From contig OY740783.1 in assembly GCA_963514005.1 (NCBI GenBank), forward strand, positions 5,208,001-5,272,000: 64,000 bases of DNA, in the 5' to 3' direction. This DNA comes from Raja brachyura. Taxonomy: Eukaryota. Below the pieces are notes generated by a model. That model saw nothing but the letters and a program-made list of their open reading frames with translations, had not been told where the DNA came from and ran no database searches. How positions within the stretch are numbered: the stretch's first letter is position 1; each line of letters starts with the position of its first letter. Position numbers and translations under genes: made by a program. Below are positions 50,961 through 63,300 of the stretch, in pieces.

Positions 50961-53027
50961 ATTTCCCCAATTTTCTTTTTTTTACCGTAAATTACATTTT
51001 TCATTAGCAATTTAGTAAATAGAGGAACGTTATGTTTAAATGACATTGGGCGCCGTAGACAAAATTTGATTTCAAATTGTCTTTCTAATAAATGCGTGGA
51101 TTAAAAATTATTTAAATACTACAGCTGTTCCGAAATGTCCCCATTTGACATTCAACGTATTTTCCAAATAGGTAATGTCGTGGTATTGAACAGGAAATTG
51201 AGACATGGGTCATGGGGTCGGGCAACACTTGTGGAAGGGGAAAACCAATACATTTCCAGGTCAACGATACTTGGATGACCAGTTCATGGCAAATTCAATT
51301 AAGATTAGAGATGGAACAAAGAAATAGATCTTTCTGCCAACCGAATCCACGGCGACACACACGTTCTACGTTATCGCATCCACCCCTGACACACCAGGGA
51401 CAATCACACAGGTCAATTAACCTGCAAACCTGCACATCTTCGGGACGTGGGAGGAAAGCAGAGCACCAGTAAATAGCATTTAAACCACAGGGAGAATGCA
51501 CAAATTCCTACACAGTCTGCCACTGATTTCGGAAACGTAGTCGGCGCTCTGGCGCTACCAGCTGTCTTTCTGGTCCCAGGCCTGAGATTTGACTTTCGCC
51601 GCAGGTTGCCTGACCCTTTAAGTGTTTGCAGAATGTATTGGTCTTATTAATTTACATCAATTCCTACTTATTTTTAAACATATATCTTCTTTGTGTTTAT
51701 TGAAATAACGACAGCAATACCCGGTCGTTGCCATTCGAATTGAACATACAAAAACATCCAATTGTGCAACAACATCGTCTCCCGCAATGACCGGCTGAAT
51801 GATACCACTGATGGGCTGAATCACACAACACACATTGACTGAAACTCTTCACAAAAATCCAAATATCTCTGTCCATAGACTACCGAAATTCATTGGCCAA
51901 AAGATGTCCGAGCCAATCATTGTTGAAATAACAATGATTAACACAATAACAAATGGACTCCACCAATACATAGATACATAGACAATAGATAGATCCTGTT
52001 ACTGCTAACCAAACGCGCCGATGTTACTTATTTGCTAATTGACTCCAGCATCTCCCCCAATACCGATGTCAGGCCAACTGCTCTGTCATTCCCTGCTTTC
52101 TCTCTCCCTCCTATCTTGAAAAGTGGGATAACATTATCTACCCTTAATCCACAGGAACTGATGCAGAATCTATAGGACATTGCAGAGTGATTACCAATGC
52201 TTCCACGATATGGAGACACACCGCCTTCCCAACCCATTGTTCAAGCGATTTTGATTGCAACATGCGCCTTAATTGAGTTCAACAAAGAAACTGACAAGTT
52301 ACTAAAGAACTTTGCACTTCTGTGCTTTGCTGCAAGAAAATGATACATCTTCAATGCAAGTTTTGTTAGCCATTGGATCAAAGGTGGCAATGCGATTCCA
52401 CCAATTAATACATACACTTCTTAAATACAAAACTTGGACATTTTACACCCCTTTCTATCGTTTGTTTCATATAGAAACATAGAAAATAGGTGCAGGAGGA
52501 GGCCATTTGGCCCTTCGAGCCAGCACCGCCATTCATTGTGATCATGGCTTATCATCCCCAATCAATAACCCGTGCCTGCCTTCTCCCCATATCCCTTGAT
52601 TCCACTAGCCCCTAGAGCTCTATCTAACTCTCTCTTAAATCCATGTGTTGAGAAATATGCGTTGAGAACAAACAAACTGAGACAAAGCATCTGCTGTCGA
52701 TCAGAAAACACAGTTCAATGCATCGCCGATCTGGGACCACAACAGTCTCAAACAATTTGAAAGCATGGTGAAGGCAAATTCAAGCACATTTTTCGACTAA
52801 TTAGGAACTAAATCACATCCGTTTCATCGTCAAAGGATCGAAGTCATAGCATACAAAGGCACGTTTAATTCAGGAATCTCACTGCAGCGAAATCACATAA
52901 CATTCTAAAGCAACATCGATCCAACATTGCAATGAATTTGTAATTAATGCAGAAGACAATTACTGGAAATATATATTAAAATTACAACTGGATACATCTA
53001 GAGACTGAATAGGATGAAGTTTCTTAC

Positions 53028-53075
53028 CGTTGGTTACGGTCAACATGGTGCCTCCTCCCCAGTAGTCAAGATAGT
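53028..53075 (-). CDS. IGHJ: JH segment (YLDYWGGGTMLTVTN)
   Basis: WGxG motif, 48 nt, phase-1 donor G|GTAAGA. Confidence 0.96.
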
Positions 53076-53114
53076 CACGGTGTTACATTCTATGGGGTTC
53101 TTCACACAATAACA
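53076..53114 (-). other. JH 5' recombination signal: TGTTATTGT - 23 bp - CACCGTG
   Basis: Nonamer at 53114-53106, 23-nt spacer, heptamer at 53082-53076 abutting the J coding sequence. Confidence 0.9.
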
Positions 53115-53441
53115 TGATCTGCACCAGGCAGGCAAAAAAGAACACAATTCCTGTAAGTGTTCGTATTTCACATCTAAGGCGAATGCCTTATTGCTCTTTG
53201 AAAACAATGAATGCGTTAAAAATATAATTTCCAACAAGAATCAGGTGCCAAGGTGCCATGTATTTTACAGGGCAGTGACATGTGATTAGAATAATTTACA
53301 TGTAAAATATAAATTACCACAAGTTGCCAATACAATAAAAGGTGCTAAAATAGTCCTGGACATGTTTATGCTCCTGTAGGATGAGATATTAAATTGAAAA
53401 TAGCATATACTGACCCAGACCACGGTATTATGGGTTGTGGA

Positions 53442-53505
53442 TGTTTTTGTATTGGTAGGAACCGCTGTGCCAGTATACACAGTGAAACATGCCATGACAA
53501 ATACT
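53442..53505 (-). other. IGHD: D2 segment TATACTGG (53477-53470) with 12-RSS on both sides
   Basis: Minus strand reads AGTATTTGT-12-CACTGTG-[8 nt D]-CACAGCG-12-ACAAAAACA. Confidence 0.93.
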
Positions 53506-53754
53506 TCACTCTTCAAGAACTGATGCATGCACTGCTCACAGAGGATATGTCCCCGGGCACTATTCGCTGTCACTTTTAAAGCTAAACGGTGTTCTTCCAA
53601 AGCTCATATAACATAACGATAACTGGTCGGAAGACAGTTGGACATTTCTCAAAAACAATCCATATAACTTTAAGCAGTGAACTTCCATTTGAATTTGCTT
53701 CGCTCGGCTCTCCAGCTGTGCTCGTAGGTTGGAACAGGAGAAAAGTAGGTGTGG

Positions 53755-53832
53755 GGTTTTTGTACGGGGAAGTCGCTGTATGCAGCACCGTGACCCACTG
53801 TATACACAGTGAGACAGACCCGCACAAAAACC
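53755..53832 (-). other. IGHD: D1 segment TATACAGTGGGT (53804-53793) with 5' 12-RSS and 3' 22-RSS
   Basis: Minus strand reads GGTTTTTGT-12-CACTGTG-[12 nt D]-CACGGTG-22-ACAAAAACC. Both nonamers are perfect consensus. Confidence 0.95.
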
Positions 53833-53906
53833 TCCCATACAGTTCACACTCAGGTTTCATTTGAAATGGCCTTCGACACGATTTTAAATGGCCCAGCAGT
53901 TCACAG

Positions 53907-54063
53907 AGAACATAGAAACATAGAAAATAGGTGCAGGAGTAGGCCATTCGGCCCTTCATTCATCCAACTCAGTATCCCGTACCTGCCTTCTCTCCATACC
54001 CTCTGATCCCCTTTAGCCACAAGGGCCACATCCAACTCCCTCTTAAATATAGCCAATGAACTG
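53907..54063 (-). mobile_element. CR1 3' fragment in the V-D1 intersegment
   Basis: CR1 tail and 3' end, with GAACATAG at both junctions. Confidence 0.8.
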
Positions 54064-54385
54064 GAACATAGTAGACATAACACCAACAATCTCCCTGCAT
54101 CTCAACTGCGTAATGGAATGAGCATATATTCGAGGTCTATGATTGTACACAACGCTGTCGGTATGAGTGAAGGAAAGAACAAACCAATCTCACTTCAATG
54201 CGCAGGTTACATTTTGAATAATTGCTAGGTTTATTCTTTGAACCCTTTTTAAACAATGGAACAACATATCGTGTTGGATTTGCCAACGGTAGTTTGCGCT
54301 CCATTTTCCGACTGTTATTATAGCTGTTGAAAAATAAATTCTCACCTCTGGTCTTTGATGGTGAAAGCTGGACTTCCCAACGTGC

Positions 54386-54424
54386 CGCTCTTGTACGGGT
54401 CTGTCACTGAATCCTCACACTGTG
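54386..54424 (-). other. V 3' recombination signal: CACAGTG - 23 bp - ACAAGAGCG
   Basis: Perfect heptamer at 54424-54418, counted 23-nt spacer, degenerate nonamer at 54394-54386. Confidence 0.92.
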
Positions 54425-54725
54425 TCTCTCGCACAGTAATAGACAGCGGTGTCTTCGATCCTCAGGTCCCTGACGGTCACGCTGAACATATTCGAATTGT
54501 CTGTGGACGGAGTAAATCGGCTCTCTATCCCCGGAGCGAAGTACTTGTCAGAAGGAGAGTTGTAGTAAAGCAGCCACTCCAGCCCCTGCCCGGGGACCTG
54601 ACGGACCAAACTCATGTAGTAGCTGCTAAGAGTGAACCCGCTGGTTTTACATTCCAGTGTGATGGAGCCTCCAGGACGGGCCGTCGCTGTCTTGGACTGA
54701 GTTAGAACGACCTCCGAATGGACAC
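54425..54725 (-). CDS. IGHV: VH exon ((R)VHSEVVLTQSKTATARPGGSITLECKTSGFTLSSYYMSLVRQVPGQGLEWLLYY...EDTAVYYCAR)
   Basis: Acceptor TGCAG|GT, both canonical Cys, GLEW and DTAVYYCAR motifs, followed directly by an RSS heptamer. Confidence 0.97.
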
Positions 54726-54887
54726 CTGCAAGTTATAAAAGGCATGAATGGTGAGGATAAAATACTGACCATTAATCCCCGACACTAATTATCAAGAGGA
54801 AAGACATTGGGAGGGTTGAAGAGTGGGTAGAAGGGGAATGGCGTTGGGGATCTACCACGTGAGGATTTTGTCCAACTCGTTACTCAC

Positions 54888-54933
54888 GGACTATTAATGC
54901 CAGGAACAGACTCAGTGAAACCGCCGACCTCAT
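54888..54933 (-). CDS. IGHV: Ig heavy-chain leader exon (MRSAVSLSLFLALIV-)
   Basis: ATG at 54933, hydrophobic signal peptide, 46 nt, phase-1 donor C|GTGAGT. Confidence 0.93.
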
Positions 54934-55026
54934 CCCGCTGGGAAGTGTGACCCGGTTTGTTTCTGTACAGAACCTCGCAACAAACCCACTGCAAGGAAGA
55001 TGGATTTCGGACCCTCTTAGAGAGAA

Positions 55027-55096
55027 TTAAATACCCGGCAAAAGAGGGCGTGGCTGTGGGCGGGGCCTGTAAACCGAGTGGTGCAACGGGCGGAGC
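55027..55096 (-). promoter_or_regulatory. VH promoter candidate: TATA-like TATTTAA (55033-55027) plus three Sp/KLF GC boxes (55046-55054, 55058-55066, 55088-55096)
   Basis: TATA-like motif about 95 nt upstream of the leader ATG, with GGGCG(G/T)(G/A)GC boxes just upstream. No ATGCAAAT octamer in the proximal region. Confidence 0.6.
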
Positions 55097-55110
55097 TGAG
55101 ACACGGCTCC

Positions 55111-55785
55111 CATAGAAACATAGAAACACAGGTGCAGGAGTAGGCCATTCGGCCCTTCGAGCCTGCACCGCCATTCAATATGATCATGGCTGATCATCCA
55201 ACTCAGTATCCTGTACCTGCCTTCTCTCCATACCCCCTGATCCCTCTAGCCACAAGGGCCACATTTAACTCCCTCTTAAATATAGCCAATGAACTGGCCT
55301 CAACTACCTTCTGTGGCAGAGAATTCCACAGACTCACCACTCTCTGTGTGAAAAATGTTTTTCTCATCTCGGTCCTAAAAAATTTCCCCCTTATCCTTAA
55401 ACTGTGACCCCTTGTTCTGGACTTCCCCAACATCGGGAACAATCTTCCTGCATCTAGCCTGCCCAACCCCTTGAGAATGTTGTAAGTTTCTATAAGATCC
55501 CCCCTCAATCTTCTAAATTCTATAGAAACTTACAAAAAAACATTTTTCACACAGAGAGTGGTGAGTCTCTGGAATTATCTGCCACAGAAGGTGGTTGAGG
55601 CCAGTTCATTGGCTATATTTAAGAGGGAGTTAGATGTGGCCCTTGTGGCTAAAGGGATCAGAGGGTATGGAGAGAAGGCAGGTACAGGATACTGAGTTGG
55701 ATGATCAGCCATGATCACATTGAATGGCGGTGCAGGCTCGAATGGCCGAATGGCCTACTCCTGCACCTAATTTCTATGTTTCTAT
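55111..55785. mobile_element. Two CR1 3' fragments joined head-to-head (minus 55111-55522, plus about 55521-55785)
   Basis: (TTTCTATG)n tails point outward at both ends and the arms are reverse complements. Confidence 0.88.
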
Positions 55786-57959
55786 GCAATGACATGGGCT
55801 CAAGAAACGACCATGCGTCGCAAGGCCTATATGGAGTCCACTGGGAAAAAATAAATGTTTCATCAGAGATAGCTACTTGAGGTAACGGAGGTTGAAACCT
55901 TCCCATGTGATTCAGCGCGGTCTAATTTAAAACAGACCGACAAGGCAGATTATTTTTCATTGCACCGCTGTATTCAGTGGTTTCGAAATGCCAGGATGCA
56001 AAAGCACAGCCTATGCATTGACAGTTGTCAACATTAATTGAAGGATGAAAACCATAGATTCAGGCTGAACAAAATGGAAATGAAATGATAAGAGATGTGA
56101 GTGTGNNNNNNNNNNNNNNNNNNNNNNNNNNNNNNNNNNNNNNNNNNNNNNNNNNNNNNNNNNNNNNNNNNNNNNNNNNNNNNNNNNNNNNNNNNNNNNN
56201 NNNNNNNNNNNNNNNNNNNNNNNNNNNNNNNNNNNNAAGGTAGACGCAGAATGCTGGTGACATAGAAACATCGAAAATAGGTGCAGCAGGAGGCCACTCG
56301 GCCCATCGAGCCAGCACCGCCATTCATTGTGATCATGGCTGATCGTCCCCTATCAATAACCCATACCTGCCTTCTCCCCATATCCCTTGACTCCACTAGT
56401 CCCTAGAACTCTATCTAACTCTCTCTTAAATCCATCCAGTGACTTGGCCTCCACTGCCCTCTGCGGCAGGGAATTCCATAAATTCACTACTCTCTGGGTG
56501 AAAACGTTTTTTTCTCCCCTTTATTCTAAGACATTTATTCCCCTTTATTCTGGCGTTTCTGGTCGAGACCCTTCTTCAGACTTCTCCAGAGATACAGTCT
56601 GTCACCATTGAGTTACTCCAGCATTTTGTGTCTGCCTTCGATTTAAACCAGCACCTGCAGTTCCTTCCTACACATTCGTTGTCAATATCGAATCATATTG
56701 GGACTGTCTATTCTAATTTCGAGATTAGTTACAGAAAAGGCAGTAGGGAGAAATGATAATAATGCAAACACAACGTTATATTAAAATGCCATCAAGAGTT
56801 CCAAAGGAAATTAATGGATGTTATGGTGCAGGAGTGGAATTGTAGATCTGTCGAGTGATTGGAGAAATTATTGGCATTAGGGACGATTCCTGTAGTGTTG
56901 ATATTCCAAAGAGCAAAGTTGAATGAAGACAAGTTCCAAACAATGAATCAATTAACACATTTGTTGGACAGTGTTCCAATGATCCAGACTGCACTGGTTG
57001 GGCGAATGGTGTCTAATAGAGATATCTGAAGAAGAATCCACTAGTGTTATCAGAGGAGATAGATAGAAATAGTCATTAACCGATGTGTGAGGAAAACACG
57101 AGGAATGTCGAACATTTAAGGTGCAGACAGGCAAATCAATGTTCCTGCGTTCCAACATACTATTCTTCCACGACTTTGAATTGGAATTAATTATTGTATT
57201 TTCTGTGCATCTGTGAATTTGTTACATGTGGCATTCAAATGTATGCAGAGAATGCTATTGATCCCAGCCATTGTTGGAAAATATGATACATGTTCTTAGT
57301 TAACCTAGCTTTGTAGGGAATATTGTGTTAAAGAAGGAACTGCAGATGCTGGAGAATCGAGGGTACACAAAAGAACGTTTCGGGCCGAAACGTCGCCTAT
57401 CTCCTTCGCTCCTTAGATGCTGCTGCACCCGCTGAGTTTCTCCAGCCTTTTGTGCACCTTTGAAGGGAATATTATTGACTACCATCATCCATATGCACTT
57501 CAACTTTGTTTATTGTTTCTACGAGTGAACGTTGACAACTTAAAATAAATGTCTCTGAAGTAGTCAGTTGGGACATTTGCATTTCTTTCTCACTTTATCA
57601 GTTTTGCGCCTCTCGGGAAACATTGACTCCGTTTCAGTCCTTCAGTAAACGAACTTAGGCCTGGGGCTGTTGAAATCAGCGTTTATTTAAATCAGCTCAT
57701 CTCTGTTTCCAGCCACTTTTAGAGCAACACAAACAAGGCAATGAAGACACCATTCTCAACGGCGATGATATGTTTTAAGGATATTGGCAGTTGGCGCGAA
57801 TCAACTGAATTCTCTGAAGGAGTCTATTTCTTCATTTCTCATTCAAATAAATTGATGGGATTTAAAATTATGGATTCACTTCAGAATATTATTTTGCTGC
57901 CCACTTGAATCTCCACTTGCAGGGATGTTTGAGCAAACGAGGTCAATGGAGGAATCACA

Positions 57960-59920
57960 AAGCGGATGACACAAAGTTGGGTGGCAGTGTGAACTGTGAA
58001 GAGGATGTTAGGAGGTTACAGGGCGACCTGGACAGGTCGAGTGAGTGGGCAGATGCGTGGCAGATGCAGTACAATATAGATACATGTGAGGTTATTCACT
58101 TTGGCGGCAAAAACAAGGGGGCAGATTATTATCTCAATGAAGTTAGGTTAGGTAAGGGGGAGGTACAGAGAGACCTATGTATCACTTGTACACCAGTCAC
58201 TGGAAGTTGGCGTGCAGGTACAACAGGCAGTGAAGAAAGCTAATGGAATGTTGGCCTTCATAACAAGAGGATTTCAGTACAGGAGTAAAGAGGTTCTTCT
58301 GCAGTTGTATAGGGCTCTGATAAGATCACATCTGGAGTATTGTGTACAGTTTTGGTCTCCTAATTTGAGGAAGGACTTCCTTGTGATTGAGGCAGTGCAG
58401 CGTAGGTTCACGAGATTGAAACGTTTTCACCCGGAGAGTTGTAGAATTTGTAGAATTCCCTGCCACAGAGGGCAGTGGAGGCCAAATCACTGGATGGATT
58501 TAAGAGAGAGTTAGATAGAGCTCTAGGGGCTAGTGGAGTCAAGGGATATGGGGAGAAGGCAGGCACGGGTTATTGATTGGGGACGATCAGCCATGATCAC
58601 AATGAATGGCGGAGCTGGATCAAAGGGCCAAATGGCCGCCTCCTGCACCTCTTTTCCACATTTCTAACTTTCTATGTTTGTATGTATCAAGACACACACA
58701 TGCAGAAGTAAGAATTTAATTGTACCGCTCTCGGCACTTATGAAAATTATACATTCTTGATACTTGAAGCGTCATATGTAAGAAACATATCCTGTTCCTG
58801 CTTTTTCCAATATCCCACGATTCCTTTAGTGCTAAGATCTAAACCTAACTCTCTCTTGAAAATATCCAGTGAATTGGCCTCCGATGCCTTCAGTGGCAGA
58901 AAATTCCACAGATTCACAACTCTCTGGGTGAATTTTTTTATCCTTATCTCATCTTACATGGCCTATCCCTTATTCTTAAACTGTGACCCTGGTTCTGGTC
59001 TCCCCCAACGGCGGGAACATTTTCCCTGCATCCAGCCTCTCAGTCCCGCCATGCCGGGAATAAACCTTGTGAAATTAATGGATGTTATGGTCCACTGCAC
59101 TACCTCAATAGCAATAATGTCCTTCCTCAAATTAGGAGACCAAAATCAAAATAGGACGTACATGGTAAATGGTAGGGAATTGAGGAGTGCTGTGGAACAG
59201 AGGGATCTAGGAATAACTGTGCATAGTTCCCTGAAGGTGGAATCGCATGTACATAGGGTGGTAAAGAAAGCTTTTGGTGTGCTGGCCTTTATAAATCAGA
59301 GCATTGAATATAGGAGAAGGGAAGTAATGTTAAAATTGTACAAGGCATTGGTAAGACCAATTCTGGACTATGGAGTACAATTTTGGTCGCCTAATTCTAT
59401 GAAGGATGTCAACAAAATAGAGAGAGTACAGAGGAGATTTTCTAGAATGTCGCCTGGGTTCCAGCAACTAAGTTACAGAGAAAGGTTGAACAAGTTAGGT
59501 CTTTATTCTTTGGAGCGCAGAACGTTAAGGGGGGACTTGATTGAGGTCTTTACAATGATCAAAGGGATCGACAGAGTTGACGTGGATAAGCTTTTCCCAT
59601 TGAAGGTAGGGAAGATTCAAACAAGAGGGCATGACATGAGAATGAAGGTGAAATCCACAACTGCACGGGCTAAACCACGGCTACTGAAATTAAAGGAATG
59701 TTTCGCGTGTCGCTGGGTGAAAAGCGTTTTCTTGGAAGTACAAGTAGCTGAGATGGAGAAATCGAGAGTAAGGGATGGCGTCCTTGCACGAGGGAGATTG
59801 GAAGGATGCAGTCAAAGTAACAAGTATTAATGGGCGTCTGTGCGTAGTCTATCTTTTGTGATGGAGACAGAGAGATCCTGAAAGCGGAGTTCCGTCACGG
59901 AGATTGTCCTCGTGAATTTC
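57960..59920. mobile_element. Mixed CR1 fragments (both subfamilies) followed by a Penelope-like fragment
   Basis: Peptides [20 protein letters not shown] and LGLYSLERR. Confidence 0.75.
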
Positions 59921-60369
59921 CGTTGTTCTATTTCATTTCTCCGTGTCAGTAACACTCTCTGTAGACGTGAAGCTTGTCAAGCCCTTAACGCAGGGTGAAT
60001 TATATTCACATTTAAACTCCTTGACACCTCATTTTTACCATGTTACATGGGACATGCACCAGGGAAATATTTGTAACGTGATTTCACGAACAACAGTGTT
60101 GTACACTGAATAATATTTATAGTAATGGATCACCACTCGACAAGAACATTAAAGGTTGGAGCAGGGGAGGCCATTTGGCCCTTAAAACTGGTTCAACCTG
60201 ATCATCATGTGCCCGATTATTCAAAATATTATTAGATCCCTCCAACGCCCAGAACTCTATCTAGCAAATTTGTGAATGGATGTAATGAACATCCATTCTA
60301 TCTTTTAATCAATTGCACTTCTCACTTTCAGTCCAAAGTGACTTTCAGTCCAAACTATCAGAAGAGCAC

Positions 60370-63300
60370 AATTTCATTTCGGAGTCACGTGAGTGACTTC
60401 GTGAAGAACCCGCCAGCACGCATGCGCGACATATCGTCGCTCGCATTGCAGTCGACGGCTGGAGAGGAGCGCGGCTCATCACCAGCCCTTCATAAGGGCC
60501 ACTCAGGTAAGTACTAACAACCTTGAGTTGGTTGTTCTGTGTGAATAATTGTGTTTTCTTCCACAGAGACATGGACAGTAGAAAAAGTAAAGGCCGTAAA
60601 ACTTCTGCAAGGAGTTGTCGGCAACCCAACCCGGAGCCCCCCTCCACGGCAGGAGGACGGGCCGGGAAAAAGGCGCGCAAGCCGGGGAGCCCTGTATTCA
60701 CAGGATCCGGTTCACCGACGCAGCTATGCCCTAGCGGGGTACCTGCAGAACAATCAGTCGGTACAGCGCCGGAGCAGGTGCATCCTGACTCCATCTCTCT
60801 CTCACCCACTGGGTCGTTTGCAGAGACAAGTAAAAGGGATTCGCGTGCTGATGCACGGCCCTTCTCCCTGAGCCCTCTTGAAGGAGGCAGGGATACAATT
60901 CCACTACCTAGCCCTTCGCGGGTTGAGGTCTCACCAGGAGCCACTAGGAAGTGGTCTGGTGAATCAGGCAGGCCCGAGTCCACTGGCAGACCAAGAAGGG
61001 CCAGTGTCGACTCACCACCCAGAGGGACCAGGAGGAGTCACAAGGGTGGAGCCTCGCCTAGGTCACCGCTTCCCCCGCTGGGGGCAGGTCGGGACCGTAC
61101 GCCGTCTGGGTCCAGATTTAGGACAGTCGGCAAGCCCGTGCGGACGTCGGGTCACCACGCTGCGGCGTCAGGTGCCGACCTCTCCCCACCCATGCCCTTT
61201 GAGGCAGCCGGGTCCAGCTCAGCGAAGAGGAGGCGCTCGAGCAGGTCCGCGCGGGAATCGCTCAGCTTCGCCGAGGCGGCTGGTAGCGACACATCATCAC
61301 AGTACCGATATTACCTCGACGAGGTACGGACTGATGATCGAAGCCTCAGGAGTTCCTTCGGGCACGAGGCCTCTTACCTCCCACACCCGCCCGATGAAGG
61401 GCGCTTGGATCGTATGGAGAGGATATTGGAGCAAGTTCTACTCAATCAGAAACAGGACACACACAGCTCCAGGGGACTCATGGATATATCCCCGTCCCCA
61501 TCTATGGACAACATAAGACCAGATGAGGAGGATATCCTGGTACATGCCCCAGCAGCACCTGAGGTCCCTCAGGAAGATCTGCTGGATGTGGCAGCCAAAT
61601 TCGGGTTACCCGTATCATCAGGACAACCCCTCAACATCAAACTGGCCGCAACCATAGATTATCTTACCAACCATCAATTGCAGGAGGAGGTCCTTGCGAA
61701 GGCCATGGAGAGACACAAGGCTCCAGGGAACTGCAATTCACTCCACGTGCCGATTGTGAACATGCCAATCTGGGGTAATATCAGCCCGGGCATCAGAGCG
61801 CAGGAAGTGAAACTGCAGAGGATTTTAAAACTGCTTACGTCTGGGATCACCGCTTTTGCAAAGTCGGTAGATGGGGTTGATCTAAGCACCGAACAGGAGG
61901 ATGCTCTAGCTCTGCTCTGCAATACGCAGTACGAGATCAACGCTTTCCGGAAGAGCATTATCAAACCTTCCTTGAATCCCAAATTTGCGGGACTATGCAG
62001 AGCACCTCCTACCCCCCCCCACCTAGACAGCTGTTCGGGGAAGACCTCCCAAAGCAGGTCAAAGAGCTCGATGACCATGCGAAAACCATAGGTCTGATGA
62101 GACCACATTTTGTGGCCAGACCTTCGGCCAAGAAGACACCTTACTTCAGGCCACGAGGTCAGACCGATAGGCCAACAAGGACCTACGTTCCGGCACCTCC
62201 TCAATATCAACAGCCTCATCAGCCCAGGCCTTTTTTAGGACTAGGCCCTCAGCGGCCAGCATGGAAGATGCGGATTCCGCACCAACCACGAAACCCAGCG
62301 CCTCCACGTCCCACCAAAAATCCCAGGGACCGCCGATAACCATGAAGGTAAGGGGGTCTGGGTTCCATGCACTTGCATGTCTAACCTCACGAATTGGGGG
62401 CAGATTACGGGGATTTAAGGAGGCTTGGGAAACCATCACTTCAGATGAGTTTATCTTGCAAAGTATTCAGGGTTATGAAATTGAGTTTATTCATGGCCAA
62501 TTGCCTCCACCCCAGCATATGCCGAATCGCAAATTTGCACTTTCCAAAAAAGAATTGGCAGAAGGCTATGCTGAAATCTTGAGTTTACAAGACAAAGGTG
62601 TGATAGAACGAACCACACATGAACCAGTTGAATTTGTGTCTAATATATTTACTAAAACTAAAAAAGACGGTGGATGCCGGGTCATTATAGATTTAACTCA
62701 CTTGAATACCTTTGTAAAATACACCCATTTCAAAATGGACACATTTGAAACAGCCAAATCTTTGATTTCGGAGGGCTGCTTCATGGCATGCATTGATTTA
62801 AAAGATGCATACTATTCAGTATCCATTCGGAAACATCATAGGAAGTTCTTGAAGTTTACCTGGATGGATCAGCTTTGGGCAATACAAAGCATTGCCCAAT
62901 GGGCTTACTACAGCCCCCAGACTGTTCACCAAACTACTCAAGCCAGTGTTATCTACACTGCGGAGACAAAATCATACGGTCATGGCTTATTTGGATGACA
63001 TTCTGATAATTGGGCACACTCTGGAATCCGCAGAGTTGGCGGTTTCAGCCACAGTGGAAATTTTTCAACAAATGGGGTTTATAATCCATCCAGACAAATC
63101 AAAGTTCCTCCCCGCACAGATCATGGACTACTTGGGGTTCACAATAGACTCCAATCGCATGATCACCACCATCCCAACTAACAAAGTTGGTGATGTGTTT
63201 CAAGCATGCAAGAACCTGGTCTGCGCCAGTATACCGTCTATCAGATTAACTGCCAGGGTAATTGGCAAAATTGTAGCAGTATTTCCAGCTGCTCAATATG

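Larger units (their letters stand above)
34577..54933 (-). other. IGHM: Complete germline (unrearranged) chondrichthyan IgM heavy-chain cluster: L-VH-D1-D2-JH-CH1-CH2-CH3-CH4/sec-TM1-TM2
   Basis: All segments, RSSs and splice sites were read individually from the sequence (see below). Order and RSS spacer pattern match the shark/skate cluster-type IgH organisation. Confidence 0.96.

Noticed and set aside
53028-54424. Germline-joined (pre-rearranged) IgH, or IgW/IgNAR identity
   Set aside because: All RSSs and intersegments are present. Four CH exons, an IgM tailpiece and a conventional VH indicate split-configuration IgM.
57575-57582. Octamer 2.6 kb upstream of the leader as the VH promoter element
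   Set aside because: Too distant and isolated. A few octamers are expected by chance, and another lies inside a DIRS.
60523-62091. 522-aa ORF as a novel host gene
   Set aside because: It lies between the DIRS left ITR and the RT, so it is the element's gag-like ORF1.
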